Made by a program: the position numbers and the translations under genes. A model generated the notes under the pieces. It saw only the letters and a list, made by a program, of their open reading frames with translations. It was not told where the DNA came from and ran no database searches. 64,000 nucleotides of DNA from Eledone cirrhosa (Eukaryota): contig OZ024740.1 of NCBI GenBank assembly GCA_964016885.1, positions 398,598,001 to 398,662,000 of the forward strand, in the 5' to 3' direction. Positions 38,198-50,459 of this stretch are shown here, one piece after another (position 1 is the first letter of the stretch; each line of letters begins with the position of its first letter).

Positions 38198-40384
38198 CAA
38201 ATACTCAGTAAATAATAGGATCATTTTAAAGGTGTATAAGATATAGTCAAGTGTAATGAATATCATAGATTAAAAATACTTCTGAAAGTGGAATTTTTGC
38301 GATGTCTGCAACTAGAAAATAATTCTGTTTTTAAATTAATAGAGTTTTGACAGTTAATTATATAAAAAAATTTCCTCGATACACAAATGACAGATTCTTG
38401 AGAAAGCCATATTTCGGTATGTAGGTGTTTTCGAAATTGGGCAACCTAGCAACTTGGCCAGTCCGCCACTGCCTGTCAGACAGTCACAGCGTCGATCTAA
38501 GATACTGTTCCAGTCGCCCACCAACACCAAAGAGCAGGATGTTCCCAGAAAAGTCTCCATGCGTCTGAAGAAATTAGTTCGTCCTGCCCCTGCCGGAGCA
38601 TAGACGGTGACTAGCCTGAAGACATGACCTTCACTGCTAGTCACATCCAGCACTACCGACTTACTTTCCGGGTCCAGAAAGATGGTCCGTATTGCGAGAT
38701 CAAGGCCTTTCCGGAACAACACAGTAACCCCTCCTCTAAGTACCAGACGGCTTGGAGATGCGCACACCACGTAACCGGCGAAAATGGTTGTGAAGGCTGG
38801 AGCGTCGGAAACTCTGGTTCCGCTGATAGCCACTACATCTATGTCTAGTGACCTGCGGTCATTGAGCAGTTGGCGCTGCTTCCAAGATGACTCCAGTCTA
38901 CGTTCATTTACAGTGCCTATGAGGAAAAGGTGAGATGGGCCACATACCTTAGATTGGGGGGGGGGGGTGAACCGTCCTTCCGGTTGGTTGTAGGCTCTTG
39001 TTTCGAAATGTCTGCATAGATTCTTTTGGAAGTTTCCAATTGAATCGGGGGTTTTGTTTTAGATGTGTGTGATTTGTATGATTTGTGGGTTGTGCGGTTT
39101 TGGTATAGTTTTTTGGCCTAATTGTGCTGTAAGTAGTTCAAGTAGTTTTGTGTTATTAGTGTTTGTTGCTGTGTAGTGTGTGATGTTTGTATCCTGTTGT
39201 TGTTGTTGTTGTTGTTGTCGTCGTCGTCGTCGGCGGCGGTGTTGTTGCGGATGTGGGTTTTTAACGAAGGGTAAAAATAATAAAATATTAAATTGATTAA
39301 TACGATTGTTAGATGTTAGATGAGGTAACATGGTTATTAGATGAAATAACAATAATAATAAGAATAAATTATTTGGTTTATATATGGTTTACTTCACGTG
39401 AATCAATTAAAAAGTACAATAAAACAGTTACCAAGGGTTGTTAATTTTGTTATTGTTGTTGATGTGAAAACAGCAAGCGAACAGATAATGTTGTTGGAAG
39501 TTGGAGTCCGTGGTAATAATTCTGAGACCGTAGTGAATAAGAGAGAGAGAGGGATGGTTTGTATACCTCTGTAATGGTCTGTAGTAACTGTTAACCACCG
39601 TGGCCTGCAGACAGCGGTGAATCTTCCACATTTGTGTTCTGTAGTAGTAGGGCTCCAATCACTCTGTATTTCTGTAGACCTCTGGGGTCTGTAGTAACTG
39701 TGAATCTTTACATAGCTTGTAGGTGTAATGCTCCGATGTCTCTGGGTTTTCTGTAGACCTCTGGGGTCTGAAGTTAGCAGTTAATCTTTACATAATTTGT
39801 TGTGTATCCTAGCGCTCCGATGTCTCTGTGTCTAAGGTGGGAAAATATAGGCTTTATATACCTACCGCTTCCTGTCTCCCACCTTGAGGGGAATAGTCAA
39901 CGCATCAACCTGTTCACACCAAAAGGGTGGTGACCTAGAATTTGACCTTTAGGTGTCACCCAAGGTTCAAGACGTGGACAGATTTCACTACAGTTTGGTT
40001 TTGTTTGTGTCTGCTATGGTGTTGATGGGGTGGGGTGGGGTGGTAGAGTGTGGGGGGGCATGTGTATGTGTTTGTTGCCTGCCGGGTTTGCGAATCTTTT
40101 TACTCTTTTGATCTCTTTTTTTTTTTTAGGGCAAAGACAGACTTTATTCTTTTTTTTTTTCGAAGGGAGGGAGACTGCTTGCCACTCCTCACCCTCGTCT
40201 GAATTTACATCTGTGTGACATCAGGGAGTGACATGTCATTGGTGCCATGGACGTTGGTGTTGTTGCTGCTGCTGGTGGCAATTCTGTTAGTGCTATTGTT
40301 GGTCTTGCTGGTACTGGTGTTGTTGTTCTAGTTGTTGATTTTGGTGTTGCTGTTGTTCTTTTAGTGTTGATGATGTTGTTACTG

Positions 40385-41340
40385 TGATCTCTCAATTCCG
40401 AGAAGTTGCGACTCTACCTAGAGTGACTATCTGATCTCCGAGCTACGCACTCAATCGAGTAACCTTTTTCCAAAGACCCTTCGGGGGGACCCCATTTCGG
40501 CCGCTTGTATTCGCGATCGTATTCTTTCGGTCATTACCCAAGATTTATGACCATAGGTAAGGGCTGGCATGAATACCAAATTGAAGATAGCAAGTTTGGC
40601 GTTTATACCTACCTTACTTCTGATTACTGAATGCTGAAGCTGGCACATTACTGCACCAGCTCTTGCAATTCTTGCACTTAATTCAGCCTTCCATCACCCG
40701 TGAACACGGTCGCGAGATTCTTGAACTTCTCTACCTGCTTCAGTGGAACTCCATTCACATGTAAAGTGCACTGCGCAGGCTTCTTTGAGAGGACGAGTGC
40801 CTCAGTTTTCGCAGCACTGATTTTCATTTAGCCATGCAGCACAAACCTATCAATTGCTAGTCAAAGATCAACTTCTGTCGAGTAATGTAACACCGTGTCG
40901 TTTGCAAATTCCAGCCGATTGCTTTTAGACCTGCCAGTCGTGATACCACTTCCCACCCAGCTGCGCATGTAAATAATGAACAGATGTGACAATATGCACC
41001 CTTGGCGGAGTTCGACTCTCATATTGAATGGTTTCGAATTTGCACAATTTATTTGAACATAAATACTTGGGCATTCGTATAGAGACATCAGGGCGGCAAG
41101 AAGCTGGCCATCGATCCCATACTCTTCCACAGCAAGTCCCGAAAAACGTGGTCATATGCCTTTTCAAGGTCTACAAAAGAGGAATATGCCTCTTGGCAAT
41201 ACTCCCTCGATTTCTCGAAGACCTACCACAGTGTGAATATTTGGTCGGCTATGCTGCGTCCCGGGCGAAGACTGCACTGTTCATCAGTTAGCTTGAACTC
41301 GGCAATCGCTCTGCATCTCTTTGCCAGACACTTACGCATT
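40385..41340 (-). mobile_element. Decayed RTE-type LINE RT fragment
   Basis: EEYGIDGQLL..ELRQGCILS..EFAND, and PALTYGHKSWVMTERIRSRIQAAEMG. Confidence 0.8.
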
Positions 41341-42463
41341 CAAAAAAATTATTCGATGCCTGTCAAACATATGGAACTGTTTGGTCGAATTTTTTACGCT
41401 TTTGCAGCTACTCCCACACAGTCACTTTGTACTGACTTACATTCCGCGGGCTCACATGCATTCTCCGTGCGTGCTCAGCCCAGCCAATGACCGCCAGCGG
41501 AGGAGAATGTATCTCTACGCGCCCTGAGGGAAAAATTCCCGCGTTGATTTCATACATCTGTCTCTTGCATCCTGACTGTGAAAAGGTAAACAACTAACTT
41601 TCTTTCGTCGTGAAATCAATAGCCAACATGTAACACAACAACTTAACCACGGCCTGGCAACACTTCAGCTAACAGTAAAAGGTAAGACGTTCCAAGACGG
41701 TCCTCCAGTCGCTTGAAGAAATTAGGCTGTCCGGTCAACTGTCTGAAAGCTGTACCTTCGCAACTTACCGTTCGAGTCCAGGAAAATCATCAATATATCA
41801 AGGTCCAGGCTTTTCCGAAACAGCGCTGTGTCTCCACCTTCCCTTCCAGGCCGACTAAGAGACGCATAGATCTTTAAATCATCAAAAATGGATGCTAGTG
41901 CCCGTGTATCTGAAATCCTGATCTATAGCTTGTGACCTGAAGTCGTTGAACAAGTGACCATGCTTCCAGAGTGTCCAAGGCCATGTGCATTTATAGCTGC
42001 CATATTAACAAAAAAGATGGAGGGGGGAATGGAGGAGACTACTTACGCTCCTAGTGCTGTTGGAGATCGGGTGGTCCATTTCCATGGTTGTTTGGAGGAC
42101 CCCCAAGGTAATCCTAGACGAGCTCTGTCAGCGAGTTCTTTTTACTTCCAGGGATGTGTCACTCCTACTCAGTAAAACACAGGCCAGGATCCACCAGATG
42201 TCCAACTCGAAATTACATTCCTTGGTGTTTTTCTTCCGAGAAAAAAGCGTAATCGTTGCTGCATCTGAAAAGTACTACCACTCTCCCAAACTACCTTACA
42301 CTTGCGACGAATTCAATTCGGATCTGTGGTGCTTCTTTTGGGTGTCAGTTTTTTATTGACTCGCAAAGATACAAAACCGTGTTTCTGGCAGCTGCTGCCA
42401 ATACCTCTGATGGGATAGCTAATTTGGCCCTTCTGCTTATTTTAAAGTGTAAAAATGGAATAA

Positions 42464-42740
42464 AGGTGGCAAATTAGCAGAGTCGTTAGAACGTCGGATA
42501 GAATGCTTTGTGGTGTTTGTTTCGGCTCTCTGCTCTCTGAATTCAAATCTCGATAAAAAATCTCGATAAAAAAAAGTACTGGGGTCGATTCTTCCTCTAT
42601 ATCTCTTTCTTACTTTCATTCTCTCACTCTCTGTCCTTCTCTGGAAGAAATCTGCTGCTCTCCGCCAGGTCTTAAAATGCCCTAGAGACGCTGTATGTCA
42701 ATACATCGCCCCTACGACTCCCTCAGGAGTTACGGGACTA
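42464..42740 (+). mobile_element. SINE family A (long form); further degenerate copies at ~43030-43290, 43469-43753 and 43865-43960
   Basis: Similarity to 31313-31636. Confidence 0.8.
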
Positions 42741-44584
42741 GGGAAAGAAGAAGTAGAATATATAATTGAAATTGAAAGTTCATGTTTATGGCTCTTCGTA
42801 GTAGGTGTGCAGTTTTTGATAAAACTAGTAGCAGTGATGGAAATTGTTTTTTTAGGAACTCGGGGTACGCTGTAGTTCGTGATGCTGCGGTTGGGAAGTG
42901 GATAGATGCTGTAACACCCCAGACCCGGAAACTAAAGAGTAAGTGAATACCGTCCTCCCTGCGTGCCTCCCTTTATATCACTGAACAGTAAAGCGATATA
43001 CTGAAAGCCTTCGGTAAATAGGTCCACTCCAAAATATTCTGAGTTCAAATCCTGCTTTGCCTTTCATCCTTCAGGGGTTGATAATATAAGTGCCAGTCAT
43101 GATTTGAAGTATATTCATTCAACCGAAAAATGTGTGGACTTTGTGCCAGTATAAGGGATCGTGATGATGAAGGAATTGCAAAACGCTGGCGCAAACGTCT
43201 TGCAGTATTTAGTGACATTTCTTTATCGTTTAACTTCAAATCCTGTCATGATCAACTTTTACCCACCCACCCGAGAAAAATCGATAAAATAAGAACCAGT
43301 CATGTAATAAAACCTATTCAATCTACAACATTCCACACCCTTCAAAAATATTACGTTGTGCTGAAGTTAAAAATTAAATTTTTAACAAACTATTATAGTG
43401 ACCCCATTCAGGTGTGTGAATATTTATTTATATATTCATTTTGTTTTATTTTGATATATTGCTTTGACAAGGCGGCGGATTGCCAGAAACGCCAAAACTC
43501 GTTCTGGTTCTCTACGTTTAAATTCCACCGAGGTTAATTTTGACTTTCAGCTTTTCGAGGTCGATAAAGCAAGTGCTAATCCAGTACTTAGGTCGAGTGT
43601 TCTTCTGTACCTCTTTCCTTCTCTCTCTCTCTCTCTCGCACTGAGGGAAATCGGCTGTGTTCAGACATGGAGAGGGATGAGCGCCGCCAGGTTTTTAATT
43701 CTCAAAGCATGTCCCTATGACTCCATCAAACGTTACAGGTCCATACAATACAAATAGTTTTTACACAAAATTTACCAAGTTCGTAAAAATTTATTAAAAT
43801 GCTTCGTCTTAAAAATAAAAAATTAAAAACAACTGAAATTCTATGTGCAAAGTCTAACATTCTTCATGCTAATCAGATATTTACGTTCAAATCTCACCGA
43901 CATCAACTTTGCCTTTCATTCTTCCGGTGTTGATAGAATGAAGTACCAGTCAAATATTCAGTCAATTTACGTTCTTATAAAACATCCTCAACATGAATGT
44001 AATTATATAATTGAAGAAAGTATATTATTTTTTAACAAAAGAGGAACATTTTTGAAAGAAAGAGAACAGAATCAAGATTCGAATAAATATATAGAGTTAT
44101 TTCCCTTTGTAGCTATATTGTTTTTCGACCAATGAAAATACGCTTTACATTTGATTTCGACAGGCGGTGTACGGCGGAAGGCCACTTACAGACGTGTGGA
44201 TTACCTATACATCAGCGCAAAGAACGCATACTCTAGTCGTTTCGTGTTTTACAACTTACTTATATACATTTTTATGTATATATACTGAATACTCTCTAAA
44301 TTTAATTTCCACACGAAACAACAACAAAGAAATCTTCGCGTACACCTAGGCATTGCCAGCGCCTTTGTGTCTGCATTGTTTAGTGCTGGCCATATATTTC
44401 CAAAGAAGTTATATCTAAATGTGTATATAATAATATACGTCCCATTCCCAAATATTTATTCACAGTATTTAATTTAAAACAAGAACAAGGAAATTACAAG
44501 AACTGGTGTTCATTATTTTCGAATTTAACACTCTGACGTGTCTTTTGTCTCCGTTGTTTATTTGTCTTTTCTTAACTTCACACA

Positions 44585-44768
44585 ATGAATGCATTACAGA
44601 AAATGTTTGGGTTCGCAAAAGAACAGGAACCAGCATTAACACCGCAGAAAGCTATACAAAAGTTGCAAGATATTGAAGATATGCTAATCAAGAAATCAGG
44701 ATATTTGGAATCGAAAATTAATGAGGAATTAAAAGTGGCCAAAGTAAATAAATGTTCGAATAAACGAG
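44585..44768 (+). CDS. CHMP4: First coding exon of a charged multivesicular body protein 4 / Snf7 (ESCRT-III) homolog
   Basis: MNALQKMFGFAKEQEPALTPQKAIQKLQDIEDMLIKKSGYLESKINEELKVAKVNKCSNKR aligns with the CHMP4 N-terminus (..LFG..TPQEAIQRLRDTEEMLSKKQEFLEKKIEQEL..AKK..TKNKR). Phase-1 donor G|GTAATT after NKR, where vertebrate CHMP4B exon 1 ends as I recall it. Confidence 0.88.
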
Positions 44769-45103
44769 GTAATTTTATATTAATATTTATGTTATGTGTG
44801 TAAATCGTAATTATATATATAATGTATGTGTGTATCGCAATGTTATGTATGGGTGTGTATATCGTTATGTGATATATATACATACACATAATCGTAATGT
44901 TTTCTTTTCATCTGTCACTAAGTACCATATTAACAAAAGGAAAATGGGTATTGTGTTCATATTTTTTAATGGGAATTATATATGGGAAATAGAAACTACT
45001 TCATACGGAATTTGAAACCGAACTTGATTTACTACATTACGATATTCACCTGATATTAAAATTTAATTTCTTATACTTTTCTATCTCTTTTAGGGTAGGT
45101 TTA

Positions 45104-45159
<56 letters not shown>

Positions 45160-45542
45160 CAAATAAGTTTTCTATTGGTTACAGGTAATTTACGTCTTAG
45201 TAGTTAATTTGTTTGTCGCAAAATATCTAGAACGTAATCCTTTCTCTAAACTGTCATTCTAAAACATTTAATTAATTCTAAAAATTATTTGTTAAAAACC
45301 GAATTAGTTTAGAACCAGATTTGATTCTAAACCAGTTCGTTTTTATTTTAAACAATTTCTCGAAAACTGATTTTTTTTTTTTTAATTCTTAGTTGTTGGA
45401 ACTGTTTTTCTCTCTCCCTTTCGTGAAACGAGACAACTATTTCCTTGGTGTGATTTGGCCACAGAACCCACGCTTACGCCTGTTTTTCCTTACTTGATGT
45501 CCACTACTACCATCGTTATCAATCTCATCATTTCTATAAACT

Positions 45543-45756
45543 TTAAATATTCATTTCTTCGCATTACTTTGTCGTCATGCTTTGTAACTTTGAGTAAATA
45601 TGTACTGAATGTTGATACAAGCATCAAATATATATGAGCGAAAGGTGTTGTCTTCAGTTTTCTTCTGTAAGTTATTTTCAATTTGATGCTTGTATCAACA
45701 TTTCCTTAAAGTTACAAAGCTTGACGACAAAGTAATGCGAAGAAATGAATATTTAA
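45543..45756. repeat. Long two-part inverted repeat (hairpin)
   Basis: 45543-45591 vs 45708-45756 match 48/49, and 45608-45629 vs 45681-45702 match 22/22. Confidence 0.92.
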
Positions 45757-45783
45757 GGTACGGTTGTCCTTCCTGTTCCTATA

Positions 45784-45836
45784 ACCATGCCCGAGCTGAA
45801 GATCCGCTAAAGTGAAACAATTGTTCTCGGTATGGT
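45784..45836 (+). ncRNA. Minimal type I hammerhead ribozyme with weak stem II
   Basis: ACCATG-c-CCGAG CTGAAGA tccgctaaagt GAAA CAATTG TT CTCGG-TATGGT. Stem III is the palindrome ACAATTGT. Confidence 0.55.
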
Positions 45837-45858
45837 GAACTAACTGTTGTGTAACCAC

Positions 45859-45925
<67 letters not shown>

Positions 45926-46060
45926 CAAATAAAACACGGATGCAAAAAGTCTTATTAGGATCACGCTTAGGAGGAAGTGTTTGGCGCTTCAATATATATA
46001 TATATAAGAAGAACGATGAAGTTTCGTTTACGTGTATTTAGTTGTTTTTATTATGTGTCG

Positions 46061-46152
46061 ACCTGTTACGCGCGTTTCGCAGAGGATTGGCTCAGGGTCA
46101 CCCGTAGAAGTTATGGACTCGACTCCATTATTGATCTGCTCCTCAGACAGAT
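46061..46152 (-). ncRNA. Type I hammerhead ribozyme with large loop 2 and palindromic stem III
   Basis: Minus strand: ATCTGT CTGAGGA GCAGA-(51 nt)-TCTGC GAAA CGCGCG TA ACAGGT. Predicted cleavage between 46067 and 46066. Confidence 0.75.
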
Positions 46153-46265
46153 GGTTCAGCAAATATATATATATATATCCGTATGTAGTTCATGGCTGAG
46201 AGAAGAGAGTACTCAGTACCGAAGTAGAGTTTAAATATTCAATTTAATTAGGATAAGTAGTGAGA

Positions 46266-46330
46266 CTTGTTACTCTGGAGTTTCACCTGTTTATCACTGG
46301 GTCAAACAGGCGAAACTCCACAGTAACAAG
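46266..46330. repeat. 27-bp-arm hairpin made of two inverted hammerhead 3' halves
   Basis: CTTGTTACTCTGGAGTTTCACCTGTTT / AAACAGGCGAAACTCCACAGTAACAAG (2 mismatches, 11-nt loop). Confidence 0.8.
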
Positions 46331-48189
46331 ACTCTATTTAGCCTTGCAAAATTATATCTGATGGCAAGATCGGCAAAAATTTACCTAGAGATATGTTTCT
46401 TAATTCTTTAAAAAATATTTTTAAAAAAAACAAATATACTTATAAATTTGCCTGTGTGACAAAGCATTCTGCACATGTCTCCATTTCAGCTACTAGGGCT
46501 GTCACCAGAGTAAACTATTGATGTAAAATGCCCGTTTAGAAAGATTAAGTTTAGCTAAAATTAATCTCTTTCAGCTCTTTACTGCAGGAATTTGATGGTA
46601 TAATGGTTTTATAAATTGCCAATCTCGTCTAGGTTATAAGAAAAAACGATAAGATTTGAGATCCTTTGATCAGAGTTGACCTGGGGCCAAGCTACTCAGA
46701 AATCTTATCTGGTCTCGAATATGGTTATTGCTCTTACATTTTAATTGGCCGTTAGTGTGAGAGGCGTGATAGACACTTATTTCGCCTCTATGAACTCGCT
46801 CCCTATCCTATGAAATATGAAGTAGTTTACACTTCCAACAGATTTGACGAATATTTTCTTGCCCTTCTTTTCCTCACTTGTACTAGAAAGTTTTTTTTTT
46901 AATTACATCGGAGATGCAAAAGTAAACATGTGCCTAATATCATTGCATTTATAATTTTCTTACATTTTCACGACTGATTTAATCAGAAATTCTTCGAGAT
47001 TTTGATTTATCTAAATTTATAATAAGGGAAATTTTAGATAATGGGACATTCATCGTTTTTTTTTTTTTTTATCTCAAGGACGTTGACAACGTCGTAAACG
47101 GAGTGAAATGGCTTGGTATTTGATAGTGTTAGTAGGCTTGCGTATTGGGTTGTCTTTTTTATTACGTTTATTGTATGTAGCATTGTTGACAAATATTTGT
47201 TAAAAAGCTGTTCAGTAAATTAAAATTCTTTGTGTTTTGTAATATAATATATACTTTTACTGTTTTTAATTCTACAATTCTAGTTAATAATTCAAATCTT
47301 CCGTCATGTACGAAATTCGATTAAGTAGTTTCTCCTCAGGTAATTACATGGCGGTTGGATTTTGTTCGACAGGCAAGAAGCTACCTGTTAGACTTGTAAT
47401 CTCTACGAAACATCTAAACAAATAAAAGCTCTACGAACTGTTAAGGAAAGCCTCTGCCTTCTCTTAATTATAAAATCCTCATGGTTTCTGATTACTCAGG
47501 TCAAACAAGTACAACTCCGAAATATACAAACATTAATAATATACCAAGTTAAATCTATGCTGTAAATAATTTCAATCATATCTATATAAATTTTACATGT
47601 AAATATTTCAACTTTTCCCTAACCCCCCTCCACTGTTTCGAACTATAATCACCGCTTTTCTCTTAATCACTAAGCATTGAAAATATCAAAGTTATTTAGA
47701 ATGTAATAATTTAATTTTTTGTTTTCCAAAATTTCTTTCACTTGAATTCATTAAAAGAAATTGTTGCTTTTGTCCGTTACTGACAGATGAAGAGGCAACG
47801 TATTTAACTCAGATGACACGTATTTGTCAGAATGTTCGTAATCATATTATTGAACTCTGACAGATCGCCTTACAAAAGCAGGAGGTTCTCCGCCTGTCGG
47901 TGGTTGTCAGTTAAATTTACTTGTATAAATATAATTTTTACAAAATTAGGATCCCCCGTCTCGCTTCGGTTCTTCATCTTAAACAATATTTATTTTTGTA
48001 TCGCTGTTCAGGTCAACTCTGATTATGCGGATTTATGATTAAGTGTTCCAACCATGACCATTCCATTGTTTGTTTTTATTGTATTGCCCAATTAGTCGTC
48101 CCTTTTTTAAGACAGTAGAATATGATTTGAGAGTTTTGGCTTGTGTTTCTATCACTTCGAAAACCTTGTAGTGGCTCCTTTTGGTATCG

Positions 48190-48453
48190 ATTATGTATAG
48201 AGTCGTAGGGGCGCCGTAATGACATTTCAAACCTGGCGGAGCCCAGCCCTCTCCAACTTATTTCTTCCAGAAAATGGGTGAAGATGTAAGAAAGAGATAT
48301 AGAGAAAGAATCGACCTCAAGTACTAGACTGGCACTTTTTTTATCGATCTCGAAAGCGTGATAAGGCAAGGTTGACCTCGGCAAGATTTGAACTCAGAGC
48401 AGACAGTCGGGACGAATACAGCAAAATGTTCTAACGACTGCTAATTTACCGCT
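48190..48453 (-). mobile_element. SINE family A (long form)
   Basis: Reverse complement similarity to 31313-31636. Confidence 0.8.
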
Positions 48454-50014
48454 TATAGATTACGTTTAAAATGACCTGAAGTTAACTCATCTGGTTCACA
48501 TTGATAGGCAAATTTACAATTAGTTTAGTCCATCAAAAAGAAATCTTATTTTAACCAGTTTTTCTGTTATTGTTCGGATAGTGATCTGTAAAGTTTGGTA
48601 TGTGGTGACTAATCGGTTAGTAGTTCTACATAACTTTGTAAGCTCCATTTCACAAGCCTCGTGACTAAATACTATGATCAGTCACACCTCGTAAATTTGT
48701 GGGGTGCGCATAACATTTGAATTATACCCAGTTTATACACCATCCAATCGCTGGTGGGTTAATTAATATAACCAGCTAAATTGCTGCTCAGTATTATTTG
48801 TTGTCATATAAGTTATAAGTTATGGCTGCAAAACCACACCTATAAAGTGGGTGCAGTGAGAAATTCCTGTCCAAACACGCTTTCAAGAGTGGGAATTAAA
48901 TTTTATTGTGTTCATCTCCAATATAGTGTAGAATAAATGGCACTTTTTATATTTGTCTCCCGTCGAATTTTGTTAACTCTAACCATACTTTTACAAGAGC
49001 TGTTTGTTTTTCCACCACTTCATTGCTCTGTTGTGTAGGTAAAATAGAGGGAGTAGTTAATGCAAATACGCTTGCTTCTTTGCATACACACCACCGAGAG
49101 GTGAAGTTGCTTGAGTAACGCCGTTTGATTTATGCTTTGCAAAATTGTGGAAATAATATAGAGGATGCGTAAAGTGAAGTAGCAATTATCCTTTGCTGTA
49201 ACCACCTCAAAAAGAACTATTCTTGTTTTTACTTTGAGATCTACGAGATTTTGATCTACGTAACAGCATATTTCCGTACGATATTCCGGCATAGTTACAG
49301 TGTTAGTTCAATATATAGTGGTCACTACTAGATAGGTACACCTCCATGAACTTCTCATTTTAACGTTAAATTCATTAAGAAAAAAACCAACGGTGGTGAT
49401 AAGAAGCAACTTTTTCAGGGAGGGGTGCAGGTTTTTGGGGGTTTTTTTCTTCTCTCAAGTAGCACAATTAAATTTCAGCGGCTCTGTAACCTGTTTTTAA
49501 AAAAACTCCGATATGTAATATATAATTTTTATTTTTTACATATGTAAAAATGCTTTACCTAATAAAAGAACAACTCTATTCGTGTATAGTATGGTATTTT
49601 TAGCCATTTGCACATATCCTCTATTCGATCTTATCACCGACGTTATTCTTAAATTGATATTTTATTCATAATTTTTTTTGTAGCTCTTTCAAACAATGGT
49701 AAATTTTTCATCGAGATTGAAAACCTTACATTTGTTTCCTAGTTTTGTAAGTTTGATAAGGGATTTTGCATAGTCATGTTTGACAGTGTCATTGCAGTTT
49801 CTTGGCGGAAAATCGAAAACTGAAATGTAAACAGCAGAAATTTCTTTGTTTCTGAGGAAAGAACGAAATGTGCTTATTTTGTGTGTATACGCTGCCACTA
49901 TATGCAGCCGTGTTGGCCTGTTTGTGTACATAAGCTGCCAACGAAACGAAATGTGAATACAATTTCCATTACATTAGCAGTTTCATTTTTTTTTCTATTT
50001 TAACTAGTATTTAC

Positions 50015-50196
50015 AAGCAGTATCGGTAGAAGGTCGGACGCCATGCTTTGGCGCATAGTTACGGCCCTTGCCATTCTGAGTTCAAATCCTGTCGAGGTTA
50101 ACTTTGCCTTTCGTCCATATGGGGTCGATAAAATAAAGTACCAGTAATGCACTGGGTAATTGCTGGCCTTGTGCCAAAAAGTAGAAACAATTATTA
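50015..50196 (+). mobile_element. SINE family A (short form)
   Basis: Matches 8718-8910. Confidence 0.88.
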
Positions 50197-50459
50197 TATA
50201 TACCACAACGTGTCGTTTGTATTTGTTTCGGTTTAGGGGTTTCCGTCAGGATTTTTCACTTTAATGGAGCCTTCAAATGGGACTAGGCCAAAAGTTCTCA
50301 AAATGTGCTTCTTCTATGTATCTTCTATGTATCTTCAAATGTATCTCAGGAATTTCCTTTCCATTATCCATATATATTCAGTATAAATTGAACTAATGCC
50401 ATAATACTGTTGTGAAATATATTTAGCCATCTAACTTAACAACGTTGAGGAAAGTTCAC

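Larger units (their letters stand above)
36221..38471. mobile_element. hAT-type DNA transposon, non-autonomous or decayed, containing SINE insertions
   Basis: TIR CAGTGGCGGACTGG / CCAGTCCGCCACTG. Flanks CCTGTATG / CCTGTCAG (8-bp TSD, 6/8 match). Confidence 0.8.
34985..38935 (-). mobile_element. Decayed Tx1/L1-clade LINE (APE plus RT N-terminal half), split by a hAT insertion
   Basis: APE motifs RLVTVYAP and LVLVGDWNSILD (38472-38935). NNNWWYAVKR, SPGLDGL..ELY, NFRLITLLNT..KILA and INLDQSKAF (34985-36220). Confidence 0.85.

Noticed and set aside
47780-47832. Possible decayed hammerhead (CTGACAGA..TGAAGA..TTTGTCAG)
   Set aside because: Only stem I is recognisable, and both core strands are broken.
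49020-49931. ORFs considered as CHMP4 exon 2 or a nested gene
   Set aside because: No Snf7 motifs and no consistent splice signals.
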